This document shows, one piece after another, positions 9,752 through 21,600 of a stretch of 46,223 nucleotides of DNA (within the stretch, counting starts at the first letter, position 1; the number at the start of each line of letters is the position of its first letter). Both the position numbers and the translations under genes were made by a program. Under the pieces are notes generated by a model that saw only the letters and a list, made by a program, of their open reading frames with translations, ran no database searches and was not told the DNA's origin. This DNA comes from Candidatus Heimdallarchaeota archaeon (GTDB lineage Archaea > Asgardarchaeota > Heimdallarchaeia > Heimdallarchaeales > Heimdallarchaeaceae): NCBI GenBank assembly GCA_021399395.1, contig JAAFKJ010000026.1, forward strand, positions 1 through 46,223, in the 5' to 3' direction.

Positions 9752-9925
9752 TTATTTTCCAGCTTCTTTTGCCATTGCAGCAGCTGATAGCTTTCTTCTT
9801 ATTCGTCTAGTGGATATCTCGTTGCTAGTTCTTCTAATAGCCCAGAAGACTAAACCTGTAACTAATCCAATTATTCCCATTGTCAAAAACACACTTACTA
9901 TTTCTGGTATAAATGTGGGAGCCAT
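9752..9925 (-). CDS. Small single-TM protein, 57 aa (absent from the ORF track)
   Basis: MAPTFIPEIVSVFLTMGIIGLVTGLVFWAIRRTSNEISTRRIRRKLSAAAMAKEAGK*; AGGTG SD 7 nt upstream; TM segment followed by a basic tail. Confidence 0.7.
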   Translation of the reverse strand: MAPTFIPEIVSVFLTMGIIGLVTGLVFWAIRRTSNEISTRRIRRKLSAAAMAKEAGK

Positions 9926-9998
9926 CTTTTAACACCTACATGAAGTGATTCTCATACATTTTTAAATGTATGGTTCGGTTGTCTGTGTTCTCCCGACT

Positions 9999-10745
9999 TT
10001 AATGAACAAAACTAATTTCCTTTGATTCTTCAATGGTTACTGTCAATTCTTCATTCTCATTATAAAGTATAAGAAGTCCATCATTTCCAATACCCTTACA
10101 CTTATAGGTTTTTGAATTGAAGATGTGTTTCTTTGAATGATTCAGTAGGTTAGTATTATAATCTGAAACAAGATTGGAAATCTGATCGAACATCACTTCT
10201 TCTAGATAGTGGAAAAGGTTTTCTGACAGTTTTTGTCTTAACTCATTTAAGTTAAGCTCAAGATTCAAAGCTTCGAACAAACTAGTTGCTTTAATTTCCT
10301 TTACATCAGCTAAATCTTCTTTAGATGAATTGACATTAAGACCTATCCCAATTAAAAGATGATTCCTACTTTTAGTTAAGATTTCAAGTAGAATGCCACC
10401 AATTTTTTGGTTCTCCAAGTAAATGTCATTTGGCCATTTTATTTCAACATCTATACCACAGAATTCTTTGAGCGTTTTTAGAATGCTCAGAGCTACAGCA
10501 TAATGAATAAATCTCATCTTTTTTGGCTCTAGTAACTCATCAATGACAAATACATACGTTCCATAAAATCCTCCTTTAGGAGAACACCATGTTGAATCAT
10601 CTCTTCCTCTACCAATTGTTTGTTTTTCTGCGAGAATGAGTAGTGGAGTATCTTGGTTCTCACTAATGTGATCCAATACAACATCCATAGTTGATGAAAC
10701 AGAATTATACCTTATAATCCGTAACTTCTCATTATCAAAATTCAC
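9999..10745 (-). CDS. birA: Biotin--protein ligase (no HTH domain)
   Basis: SSTMD, QTIGRGR...W.SP.GG, IKWPNDI, KIGGIL, IGIGLNV; GTG start at 10745 avoids overlap with the divergent gene. Confidence 0.88.
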   Translation of the reverse strand: MNFDNEKLRIIRYNSVSSTMDVVLDHISENQDTPLLILAEKQTIGRGRDDSTWCSPKGGFYGTYVFVIDELLEPKKMRFIHYAVALSILKTLKEFCGIDVEIKWPNDIYLENQKIGGILLEILTKSRNHLLIGIGLNVNSSKEDLADVKEIKATSLFEALNLELNLNELRQKLSENLFHYLEEVMFDQISNLVSDYNTNLLNHSKKHIFNSKTYKCKGIGNDGLLILYNENEELTVTIEESKEISFVH

Positions 10746-10847
10746 AATAAACACTCTACAGCTGATGATTGATATATCTATGCCATGTGCTTTAAAATTT
10801 TTTAGGATACAAGGAAAAGCTATTTTTATAAGACAATTAAAGGTATT

Positions 10848-12425
10848 ATGATGCCTTCGGAAAAAGAACACATTCCTGAATCTAATAATGATAAATACAT
10901 AGATTTAGAGAAAATGAGAAAACATAGCAAAGAAAGTGGAGGAAGTGAGAAGATAGCTATTCAACATGAGAAAGGAAAGCTTACAGCAAGAGAAAGAATT
11001 ACTATTCTTGTGGATGAAGATTCTTTTCATGAAATTGGTGATTTTGTTACACATCAATCAACTAAATTTGAGATGTCCAGTAATCGACCAATGGGAGATG
11101 GAGTTATAACTGGCTATGCAACAATCAATGAAAGACCTGTGTATGTGTATAGTCAGGATTTCACTGTATTTGGAGGAAGTTTAGGAAGGGCTCAGGCAAC
11201 TAAAATTTGTAAAATAATGGATCTAGCTGTTCAAACAGGGTCTCCTATCATAGGTATTTTAGATTCAGGTGGTGCAAGAATACAAGAAGGAGTAGCTTCT
11301 CTAGCTGGTTATGGAGATATTTTTTATAGAAACTCTCAAGCGTCAGGGGTAATTCCGCAGATATCAGTGATCTTAGGGCCTTGTGCAGGAGGAGCTGTTT
11401 ATTCTCCTGCTTTAACAGATTTTATCCTTATGAATAAGAAAAACTCATTTATGTTTGTCACTGGACCAGAAGTTGTTAAAGCTGTTACTGGTGAAGAAGT
11501 CTCTTTTTATGATTTAGGTGGAAGTGAAGTTCATACCGAAAAAACTGGTGTCTGTCATCTAGTAGGAGAAACAGAAGAACAAACATTACAATTAGTTAAA
11601 AATTTAGTATCATATATCCCCTCAAATAATCTTGATGATTCACCAATCTCTGCAGACTCAATCAAGGAAACTAACCAACTTCTATTGAGAGAGATCTTAC
11701 CTCAACAATCAGATGAACCCTATGATATGAAGGACATCATCAATACGATAATTGATTCTAACAGTTTCCTAGAATTACAAGAGAAATGGGCTAGAAACAT
11801 CGTTATTGGGTTTTCAAGAATACAAGGATCTACAATTGGAATAATAGCCAATCAACCATTATTTTTAGGAGGTGCTATTGATTTCAATGCAGCTGATAAA
11901 GCTTCTAGATTCATTAGATTTTGTGATTCATTCAACATACCTCTTCTGACTTTGGTTGATGTGCCAGGATTCCTTCCAGGAATAAAACAAGAGCATGAGG
12001 GATTAATCAGGCATGGAGCCAAACTTCTTTTTGCCTATTCAGAAGCCACAGTACCAAAGATCTCTGTGATTGTTCGAAAAGCATATGGGGGGGCTTACAT
12101 TGTAATGAGTTCCAAACATTTGGGGACTGATTTGAATCTAGCTTGGCCTACAGCTGAAGTCGCCGTTATGGGTCTAGACGGTGCAAGTAGAATACTTCAC
12201 AAAAACAGACTTAATACTGAAAATAATAAAGATGAAGCTCTTGATAGTTTTGTTGAAGAATACAAGAAGGAATTTGTTAATCCTTACCAGGCAGCTGAAT
12301 TGGGTTATATTGACAAAGTTATCTTTCCTGAAGAAACTAGAAAAGAAATTATCTCAATACTGGAGGTTCTTCAAAATAAGAGAGAGCAATCTCCAAGAAG
12401 AAAACACGGAATCTCTCCAGTTTAA
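10848..12425 (+). CDS. pccB: Acyl-CoA carboxylase carboxyltransferase subunit (PccB/AccD single-chain type), copy 1
   Basis: GKLTARERI, DFTVFGGSLG, DSGGARIQEG, GPCAGGAVYSPALTD, DVPGFLPG, RKAYGGAY, KHG. Confidence 0.92.
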   Translation: MMPSEKEHIPESNNDKYIDLEKMRKHSKESGGSEKIAIQHEKGKLTARERITILVDEDSFHEIGDFVTHQSTKFEMSSNRPMGDGVITGYATINERPVYVYSQDFTVFGGSLGRAQATKICKIMDLAVQTGSPIIGILDSGGARIQEGVASLAGYGDIFYRNSQASGVIPQISVILGPCAGGAVYSPALTDFILMNKKNSFMFVTGPEVVKAVTGEEVSFYDLGGSEVHTEKTGVCHLVGETEEQTLQLVKNLVSYIPSNNLDDSPISADSIKETNQLLLREILPQQSDEPYDMKDIINTIIDSNSFLELQEKWARNIVIGFSRIQGSTIGIIANQPLFLGGAIDFNAADKASRFIRFCDSFNIPLLTLVDVPGFLPGIKQEHEGLIRHGAKLLFAYSEATVPKISVIVRKAYGGAYIVMSSKHLGTDLNLAWPTAEVAVMGLDGASRILHKNRLNTENNKDEALDSFVEEYKKEFVNPYQAAELGYIDKVIFPEETRKEIISILEVLQNKREQSPRRKHGISPV

Positions 12426-12427
12426 CT

Positions 12428-13936
12428 CTATTTTTTATTGTGACCTTGATGTTTTTCAAGTCTATTTATCTCTCTCCATCTACTCTTTTTCTTAGATATC
12501 TTAGTGAGATTTTTATGTACAAGCTTCTTGTTCCCATTAAGAAAACTATCAGTTGTGATTAATGCGGCGAGTTTCAGTTTCTGATGTTGGTCGATCAATT
12601 TCTTCATTCGATTTTCATTTAAGAACAAGTTTGTAATCTCACCCTCTCGAAATTCTGGTGACTTTAGAATTGCTTTGTGCAGATAAATGTTAGTAATAAC
12701 CCCATCTATCTTTAATTCCTTCAACATATTTAGTGATTTTTCAATAGTTTTTTCTCTAGTTGTGCTTTTAACAACTAGCTTACCAACTAGAGAATCATAC
12801 TTGTTTGGAACCAAATAGTTTGGATAGATGAAAGTGTCGAATCGAACATTTTCTTCTACTGGAACTGTGAGATTTGTAATTATACCTGTTTGTGGATAGA
12901 AACCATTGAATGGATTTTCAGCATTTATTCGAAATTCTATAACATGACCATCAAAGATTACTTCTTCTTGTGTGTAGCTCAGCACTTCATTATTAGCGAT
13001 TCTTAATTGCTCAATGACAAGATCTATTCCCGTAATCATTTCGGTTACTGGATGTTCAACTTGGATTCTTGAGTTGATTTCATTGAAGAACAATTGATTG
13101 TTTTTCCAGAGAAACTCTACTGTTCCAATATTTGTATAGGATAAAGATTTAACTAGTGAACAAACCTTCTGGCCAAGGCTATCTATAATCTCTTTTGAGA
13201 GGAAGGAAGGTGCTTCTTCTATAATTTTTTGATGAGCACGTTGGATTGAACACTCTCTATCACCAAGATGTATGATGTTATCGTGATTGTCAGCTAAGAA
13301 CTGTATTTCAATATGTCTGGGACCTTCCAAGTACTTCTCAAGATATACGGCATTATCACCGAATATTTTTTCTGCAACGGACTGGCATTCAATAAAACTT
13401 CTTTCCAAATCTTCATTCTTTTTAACAACCTCTATTCCTCTTCCTCCCGCTCCATATACTGCTTTAATGATAACGGGATAACCTATAGTATCTGCTGCTT
13501 TTTCAGCTTCAGAAATAGAATATATTACACTAGAAGAACCGGGGATAACTTGAAGACCAATTTCTTTTGCACTTTTTTTTGCTTCAAATTTATTGCTCAG
13601 TCTTTTTAGAACAGATGCTTTAGGTCCAACAAAAATCAGATCATTCTTTTCTACTTGTACTGCAAAATTTGCATTTTCACTAAGAAATCCGTAACCTGGA
13701 TGAATACCATCAGATTGAGATTGGATAGCAATATCTATGATTTTTTCAATATTCAGATAAGTCTCTTGAACTGAACCATTTCCTAAACAGAATGCTTCAT
13801 CTGCCATTTTGACATGAAGTGAAGATGTGTCAATATCAGAGAAGATAGCAACTGTTTGGATATTTAAAAATCGGCATGCTCTTATTATTCTTACAGCAAT
13901 TTCTCCACGATTAGCTATAAGGATTTTTTTAAGCAT
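12428..13936 (-). CDS. accC: Biotin carboxylase subunit, copy 1
   Basis: ILIANRGEIAVR, IHPGYGFLSEN, GAGGRG, RHIEIQ, RECSIQR, RIQVEHPVTE, RINAE, YDSL. Confidence 0.92.
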   Translation of the reverse strand: MLKKILIANRGEIAVRIIRACRFLNIQTVAIFSDIDTSSLHVKMADEAFCLGNGSVQETYLNIEKIIDIAIQSQSDGIHPGYGFLSENANFAVQVEKNDLIFVGPKASVLKRLSNKFEAKKSAKEIGLQVIPGSSSVIYSISEAEKAADTIGYPVIIKAVYGAGGRGIEVVKKNEDLERSFIECQSVAEKIFGDNAVYLEKYLEGPRHIEIQFLADNHDNIIHLGDRECSIQRAHQKIIEEAPSFLSKEIIDSLGQKVCSLVKSLSYTNIGTVEFLWKNNQLFFNEINSRIQVEHPVTEMITGIDLVIEQLRIANNEVLSYTQEEVIFDGHVIEFRINAENPFNGFYPQTGIITNLTVPVEENVRFDTFIYPNYLVPNKYDSLVGKLVVKSTTREKTIEKSLNMLKELKIDGVITNIYLHKAILKSPEFREGEITNLFLNENRMKKLIDQHQKLKLAALITTDSFLNGNKKLVHKNLTKISKKKSRWREINRLEKHQGHNKK

Positions 13937-13957
13937 TTGAGAATATTTCAGAAGATG

Positions 13958-13967
13958 TTTATTAAAT
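13958..13967 (-). promoter_or_regulatory. Archaeal TATA box of biotin carboxylase 1 (likely leaderless transcript)
   Basis: ATTTAATAAA on the minus strand ending about 22 nt before ATG 13936; same spacing as at the paralog. Confidence 0.5.
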
Positions 13968-14106
13968 TCTTTTATATTTCATACTTTGAAGATAATAGAC
14001 CGCATTCTATTGGGTAGAATTTAAAGTTTGTTTCATTATATGAGTAAAGAATTTTTGGTCATGAAAAGAGATGTCGTTTTTATTCGACTTGTAAGATACT
14101 AGTTTA

Positions 14107-15684
14107 ATGTATCAAAGACCTGAGAATCTAAATGAGATTCAAGAAAATAATATATTTAGTACTCTTCATGATAGAAGGAGAAGGAGTAAAGAGGGAGGAG
14201 GTAAAAAGCGAATTGAGAATCAACACAAGAAAGGAAAATTAACTGCTCGTGAAAGGATTGAGCTATTGGTTGATGAAAATTCATTTAACGAAATAGATTC
14301 ATTTGTAACTCACCAGTCTACAAAATTTGATATGGCAGGCACTAAACCTTATGGTGATGGTGTTGTTACTGGTCATGCGAAAATCTCAGGCAGAACTATT
14401 TACGTTTATAGTCAAGATTTTACAGTTTTTGGTGGGAGTCTAGGAAGAGCTCAAGCAACAAAAATATGCAAAGTGATGGATCTCGCAATTAAAACTGGAA
14501 ATCCTATAATTGGTTTGTTAGATTCTGGTGGTGCTAGAATACAAGAAGGAGTGGCTTCTCTAGCTGGTTATGGAGATATCTTTTACAGAAATACACAAGC
14601 ATCTGGTGTTATTCCGCAGATTTCTGTTATCTTAGGACCATGTGCAGGTGGTGCTGTCTACTCTCCTGCCTTAACTGACTTTGTTCTCATGAACAAAGAG
14701 AATTCATTTATGTTTGTTACAGGTCCAGAAGTAGTTAAGGCTGTAACTGGTGAGGAAATTTCTTTCTATGATCTAGGAGGAAGTAATGTTCATAGTAGTA
14801 TAACTGGAGTATGCCATCTAGTTGGAGAAACTGAAGAAGATACATTAGATTTAGTTAGAAAATTAATGGCTTATCTTCCATCAAATAACCTAAATGATAC
14901 TCCTTCAGATCAGCATCTGCTTGATGTAAATACTCAGCAGAATTTAAGAGAACTCATTCCCGCAGAAGAAGATGAACCTTATGATATGAAAAGCATCTTA
15001 GGGATTATAGTTGATTCAGATAGTTTCCTTGAGCTACAAGAAGATTGGGCAAAGAATATAATAATAGGATTTTCTCGATTGAATGGTAGCACAGTTGGTA
15101 TAGTAGCAAACCAACCCTTGTATCTGGGAGGAGCTATTGATTTTAATGCGGCTGATAAAGCATCAAGATTCATAAGATTTTGTGATTCATTTAATATTCC
15201 GATTCTAACATTCGTTGATGTGCCAGGATTCCTTCCTGGAATAAAGCAAGAACATGAAGGAATTATAAGACACGGCGCAAAACTTCTATTTGCCTATTCA
15301 GAAGCTACTGTTCCGAAGATTTCTGTGATTGTTCGAAAAGCCTATGGGGGGGCTTACATTGTAATGAGTTCCAAACATTTGGGGACTGATGTAAACTTAG
15401 CTTGGCCTACAGCTCAGATAGCTGTAATGGGATCCGAAGGGGCATGTAGGATACTCTATCGCAGTAAATTGATAGGGGTTGATAATCCAGAACAAATCTT
15501 AAAAGAATTCACTGAAAAATTCAAGGAAGAATTCGCTAATCCTTACCAAGCAGCTGAATTAGGTTATGTTGACAAAGTCATTTTTCCAGAGGAGACGAGA
15601 AACGAAATAATTGTCTCTCTCAGTATTTTGAGGAATAAAAGAGAACAAACACCCAGGAGGAAACATGGAATTTTTCCAGTTTAG
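14107..15684 (+). CDS. pccB: Acyl-CoA carboxylase carboxyltransferase subunit, copy 2
   Basis: Same motif set and same length (525 aa) as copy 1; ends 9 nt before the megasynthase start. Confidence 0.92.
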   Translation: MYQRPENLNEIQENNIFSTLHDRRRRSKEGGGKKRIENQHKKGKLTARERIELLVDENSFNEIDSFVTHQSTKFDMAGTKPYGDGVVTGHAKISGRTIYVYSQDFTVFGGSLGRAQATKICKVMDLAIKTGNPIIGLLDSGGARIQEGVASLAGYGDIFYRNTQASGVIPQISVILGPCAGGAVYSPALTDFVLMNKENSFMFVTGPEVVKAVTGEEISFYDLGGSNVHSSITGVCHLVGETEEDTLDLVRKLMAYLPSNNLNDTPSDQHLLDVNTQQNLRELIPAEEDEPYDMKSILGIIVDSDSFLELQEDWAKNIIIGFSRLNGSTVGIVANQPLYLGGAIDFNAADKASRFIRFCDSFNIPILTFVDVPGFLPGIKQEHEGIIRHGAKLLFAYSEATVPKISVIVRKAYGGAYIVMSSKHLGTDVNLAWPTAQIAVMGSEGACRILYRSKLIGVDNPEQILKEFTEKFKEEFANPYQAAELGYVDKVIFPEETRNEIIVSLSILRNKREQTPRRKHGIFPV

Positions 15685-15693
15685 GTGATTTGA

Positions 15694-18600
15694 ATGAAAA
15701 CAAGAAGACAAATAATAAACGAGATAGACCCAACTAGAATCATTTGGGGATATTCTCCTAAAGGTATAAGCAATCCACAATTATCTATTGAACTTTCCCA
15801 GAAAGGTGGAGTAGGTCTAGTAGATCTTGAAGGGTTAGATGAACAATCAATTTCAAACATTTTAGAAACTTGTAGTAAAAAAATTCCAAAAGAAAATATT
15901 TGGGGTATAAAACTTTCAGATGTTTCTCAGATTGAAGTGGTAAATAAGATGGAGCATATTCCTATTTTGATAATTCCTAAAAAAATCGAAATAGAGCAGT
16001 TAATGAGTCTAACTTGTGAGTATGATTGGCTTATTGCCGAAGTACGTAATGTAAGTGAAGCACAAGAGAAAACTGAATGGGCTGATTTCTTCCTTGTGAA
16101 AGGTTTTGAATCTGGAGGAAGTATCGGTGAAAAGTCATCTTTTATTCTAATTCAAGAATTTAACGAAGTAGGTTACCCATTCATTATACAAGGTGGAATC
16201 GGTGTTTATAACATAATCAGTGCTCTAATTGGTGGTGCTTTAGGAGTAGTACTTGAAGAACAACTTTTACTACTTCCTGAATGTCCTCTTACAGCTGAAA
16301 CTAAAAAATATCTTGCTTCTCTTGATGAAAATGACACATACATCATCGGTGAAAGTTTTGATAGAAAATTTAGAATAACGGGAAAGATTGCAAACAAATG
16401 GATAAGAGAATTCAAAACAATCGAAAAAACTACAACACAAGATAACTTTCAAGAACTCTCTCAAAAGATAGAGGAAGTTTCTAGAACATCTGCTTTTCTT
16501 GCAGATCAGGAAATAAAAAATTCTTTTATTCCTCTTGGTGTAGGATTGAGGTTTGCAAGTTTTATATCAGACAAATTCGGTGACTTAACCGCTTTCCTGA
16601 GCGGTGTTAAACAGATTATAAGAACCCAAATGGTAAATCTTTCAGACAATTGGTCATTTTCAGAAGAAAACGAATTTGCTATAAGTCTTGGGATCAAACT
16701 TCCAATTATCCAGGGACCAATGGCAAACATAACTGATTCAGCTGATTTTGCTTTACAGGTTTTTAATGAGGGTGCACTTCCAGTTTTAGCCTTCGGAGGA
16801 TTGTTGAAAGAAGAAGCAGAAATTTTATTCAAAGAATTACATGAGAAGTATCCAAAAAGTGCTCCTTATGCTGGAGGAATCATCGGTTTAGAAGTCATGA
16901 AAGAAAGACGAGACGCGCATATCTCATTGATTCAAGAAAACAAAACACCATTATGTTTGGTAGCAGCAGGATCAATACAGTTAGCATCAAGAATTCAGAA
17001 AGCTGGGACAAAAGTTATACTTCACACACCTGCTTTATCCTTCTTCAAAGATGCGATTCAAAATAAAATTGAATATTTGATTTTAGAAGGAAGCGAATGT
17101 GGAGGACACATTGGAATATTAACTTCATTCACTCTTTGGGAATCAATAATTCAGTATGTTGAAAGAGAGAAGAGTAATATCTCTGACAAATTAAAGATTG
17201 TATTTGCTGGAGGGATAAGTGATGATAGAAGTACAGCTATGCTAGCTGGAATGGTATCAAATCATCTTGATTATATCTCCCCAGGAATTCAAATGGGGAC
17301 TGCTTACCTACTTACTGAAGAAATTGTTAAGTGCAAAGCTTTAACCTCAATATATCAAGAACATGTTCTAAATTCTTCTGAAACAAAAGTGATAGGAACA
17401 ACAGTAAATACCAGAGCTAGAGCTATTCCTTCTGAGTTTGTTGAAACGACATTGAAACTAGAATTGGAAAGAATCAGAGAAGGTATGTCTATCCATGATA
17501 GAAAGAAAGTATATGAGAAAGACAATTTAGGCGCTTTACGAATTGCAGGTAAAGCTGAAATTTGGAATGAGAAGTATAAACCTGGAGGAGCTTCTACCCA
17601 ATTTGTTTCAGCAAGCAAGAAGATTCAAGAGAGTAAAGGCTGTTATATGGCAGGCGAGCTTATAGGTCTTAAAAGAAACATTCTGAGAATTAGAGACTTA
17701 CATCATGATGTTGTTAAGTCAGGAAAAATTTATGCCACGCAACAAATTGCTGAACTTGAAAAGATTCATCTCGATGCAGTGACTTCAGATGTCCAGATCA
17801 AAGAGTCTATTTCACTTCCTATAAAGAATAGAGTAGCAATAGTCGGGATGGGATGTATTCTTCCAGATGCTGAAAATATTAGCCAATTCTGGACCAATAT
17901 TATACAGAAAAAATATTCAATCACTGAAATCTCTGACGAAAGATGGAAAGCCTCACTGCATTTTGATGAAGATAAAACAGCTGAGAACAAAACCTATTCA
18001 AAGATTGGTTCATTTATCAAAGAATACAATTTTGATTCAATTAGATATCGCATTCCACCAAAAATAGCTGAAAGAATGGATGATGTTCAAAAATGGTCAT
18101 TAGATTCAGCGAGACAAGCTCTAGAAGATGCTGGAATTCCGACTGATGGCAAATTAAAATTACCTATTGCAGTAATTGTGGGAAACTCTTTGGGGGGTGA
18201 AATTCAACGAAATACCAACAAGTTATTCTTTGTACCAGAATTCATTGAAGAAATAAAAACAAACATAGTATTTCAAGAATTAACTGAAGAAAAACAAAAG
18301 AATATGATCAACCATCTATTAGATTTTTCAAAAAAGCACTATCCATCTATTACTGAAGATTCGATGCCAGGTGAATTATCAAATATAATTGCTGGAAGAA
18401 TAGCAAATGTGTTCAATTTGATAGGTAAATCTATGACAACAGATGCTGCTTGTGCATCTAGTGTGGCAGCGATTGATACAGCTGTAAATTCATTACTCTC
18501 GGGGGAAATTAATGTTGTTTTAACAGGAGGAGCTGATAGATCTATGGATGTTGCTACCTATGTTAAATTCAGTAAAATTGGTGCTTTATCTGGGACAGGA

Positions 18601-21600
18601 ACTAGACCTTTTGATGAAAATGCAGATGGATTTGTTATGGGCGAAGGAGCTGGATTTATTGTCCTAAAGCGACTGGAAGATGCACTGACTGATGGTAATA
18701 AGATTTACGCAGTAATTTCTTCTATCGGTTCATCTTCTGATGGTAAAGGAAAGGGAATAACTGCACCAAATCCAGAAGGTCAAAAACGAGCTATAGAAAG
18801 AGCAATGGAAAAAGCGCAAATTGATACAAATGAAGTTGATTACATTGAAGCACATGGTACTTCAACAGTAGTTGGGGATGCAGTTGAACTTCAAGTTCTA
18901 GAGGGAATTTTTAAAGACAGAACAAGTGATCACAAATTAAATGTGAGTTCAATAAAGAGTCAAATAGGTCATCTAAAGAGTGCATCTGGTATTGCATCAA
19001 TAATTAAAGCTTCATTGGCACTTTATCATAAGAAACTACCTCCATCAATAAATGTGGAAAAACCAAATCCAAATATTGATTGGAATAATTCTAAGTTAAG
19101 AATAAACACAGAAGTTTCAGAGTGGAACTCCTCTTCATCTGTTGTAGCCAGAGTTGGTGTATCTGCATTTGGCTTTGGTGGTGCTAATTACCATGCTATA
19201 TTGGAAGAATTTAATCCAGCAAAAATACAATATGAAAAGAAACCACAATTATCAATATCTGAAAATATCCAAGAGGAAATTGACCAATCACAAATTTCTC
19301 TTCAGAGCATAAAACCCAAACTATGTTACATGTTTACTGGTCAGGGAAGTCAATATCTTGGAATGGCTAAACAGCTATATGAAAACTCAGAAATTGTTAA
19401 GGAATACTTTGAAAAAGCTGAACAAATCTGGTATGGTTATTACACTTATAGCTTCAAAGAAATTGTTTTTGGTTCAGAAAAACTCTCTAATGAATCAAAT
19501 AAGAAGAGACTAACTGATACAAAGTTTACCCAACCAGCGATTTTCGTTGTAGATGTCTCTATTGCTAGCTTGTTAGCAGAAGAAGGAATCGAACCAAATA
19601 TAGTCGCAGGCCATAGTTTGGGTGAGTATGCGGCTTTAGTTATAGCAGGAGCACTTTCTTTCGAAGATGGGTTAAAAGCAGTCATTGAACGTGGAAGATC
19701 TATGAGTCGAGCTGGGAATTCTGTACCAGGTGCAATGGCAGCTATACTTGCACCGATTAACCAAGTTCATGAAATCGTGAAAGGAGTGAAAAATTGTTAT
19801 GTCACTGTCGCAAATTACAACTCTAAAAACCAAACAGTTGTTTCTGGTGAAATAGAAGGAATTGAGCAAGTATTAGAAATTTCTAAACAGAAAGGAATTA
19901 CTGCTAAGCGATTAAATGTATCAACTGCATTTCATTCAAAGATTGTTAAATCTGTTGAAGAAGAGATGGAAAAAGTACTTTCTAGAATAGAATTTAATGA
20001 ACCAAAGATCCCAGTTTATAGTAATGCTACAGGAAAAGTTTATCCACCAAAACCAGAAGAAATAAGAAAATTACTTGTTCAACAAATTAGTTCATCAGTT
20101 CTTTGGGTTAACGAAATTCAAAATATCTACAATGCAGGAGCGAGATTCTTTGTAGAGATAGGTCCGAAAAAGGCTTTATTCTCATTTGTTAAAGATATTC
20201 TGCAAGATAAAACAGATATCTCGGCATTTACTACATTGATACCAAAACAAAACGAAATTGAAACAGTAGAAACTACGGTGAATCAGATACGACAGTTTAT
20301 TGATCCTGCTTCTCTAGCTGATTTAGACCCACAATTCAAGAAAATTAAAACAGAACAAGAAATAGTATTTCCTGGAGAAATAGCTGTTTCACCAGATTCT
20401 GATTTTCAAAGTTTTGTTAGAAATAATAGTAATTATCTTGAAAATATTTTGAAATCTGGGTATGAACTTTATTCTAATTATTTAGGAGAAAATGAAGAAG
20501 TCAAATCAGCTAAATCTGTAGCTCCAGTTAGACATCAGCTGATAGGAGTGACAGGAGTTGGAGTTGGTTTTCCAGGAAAAAGTAGAAATGTTTTTGATGA
20601 TGGGAATATCGATGCAATTCTCTCAGGGGAGAATCTCATTGATTCAATAAGAGAAGATATTCGACAAAACATGTTAGACAAGAATATCAATCGTCTTGTT
20701 AAATCTCCAGAAGGAATAGCTTCATTTGAAGAAATTGATGAATTAACAAAAGTAATTAATTTAGCTGGTCAATTGGGGAATTTCGATCCTGTTGGAGATT
20801 TTAAATTAGATGAAAAACTTTTGAGTTCTCTTGACATAACCTTTCAATTAGCAATCTGTGCAGGTTTAGAAGCTTTAAATAATGCAGGTATCCCATTAGT
20901 GAAATCTTCTTTCAGAACTTCTACTGGAAAAGTTCTAGAAGGCGACTGGGCATTACCTGAACCTCTTCAAGATGAAACTGGTATAATATTTGCTTCTGCT
21001 TTTCCAGGATATGATAATCTTGTCAAGGAAATACAAGAACAAACTAACTCAGATAATGATAAGAAATTTAGCAGAAATTTCTTATTCAAAATTTTATCAA
21101 TGGGTCATTCTCAATTTGCTCAGTTGATTAAAGCGAAAGGACCTAATACACAGATTAATGCTGCATGTGCCTCTACTACTCAAGCGATTGGTATTGCAGA
21201 AGACTGGATTCGAATTGGTCGATGTAATAGAGTTATTGTAATAGCAGCTGATGATGCATCTAGTGAAAATTTGCTCCCATGGCTTGGATCTGGATTTCTA
21301 GCTGCTGGAGGTGTAACAACTGAAGAAAAAGTTGAAAATGCCGCGCTCCCATTTGGTAAAAACAGACATGGTCTGATAATAGGATCTGCTGCAGCTGCTC
21401 TGATACTTGAGAATGAAGATGCCTATAATATGAGAGGAGTTAAACCCATTGTTGACCTGATTGGTTCATCATTTTTGAATAGTGGATTTCATGGTTCAAG
21501 ATTGGATGTTCAACATATTTCCAAAGCTTTCCAAAACTTTGTGGAAAAGATTGAAGAGCAATACCATATTCCAAGAAAGAGTTTAGCAGAAGAAGGAATG

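Noticed and set aside
9729-9932. 67-aa plus-strand ORF
   Set aside because: It is the antisense shadow of the better-supported 57-aa minus-strand gene, which has an SD
10746-10871. N-terminal extension of birA in the ORF track
   Set aside because: It overlaps the divergent CT1 start and promoter; BirA-like sequence begins near 10745
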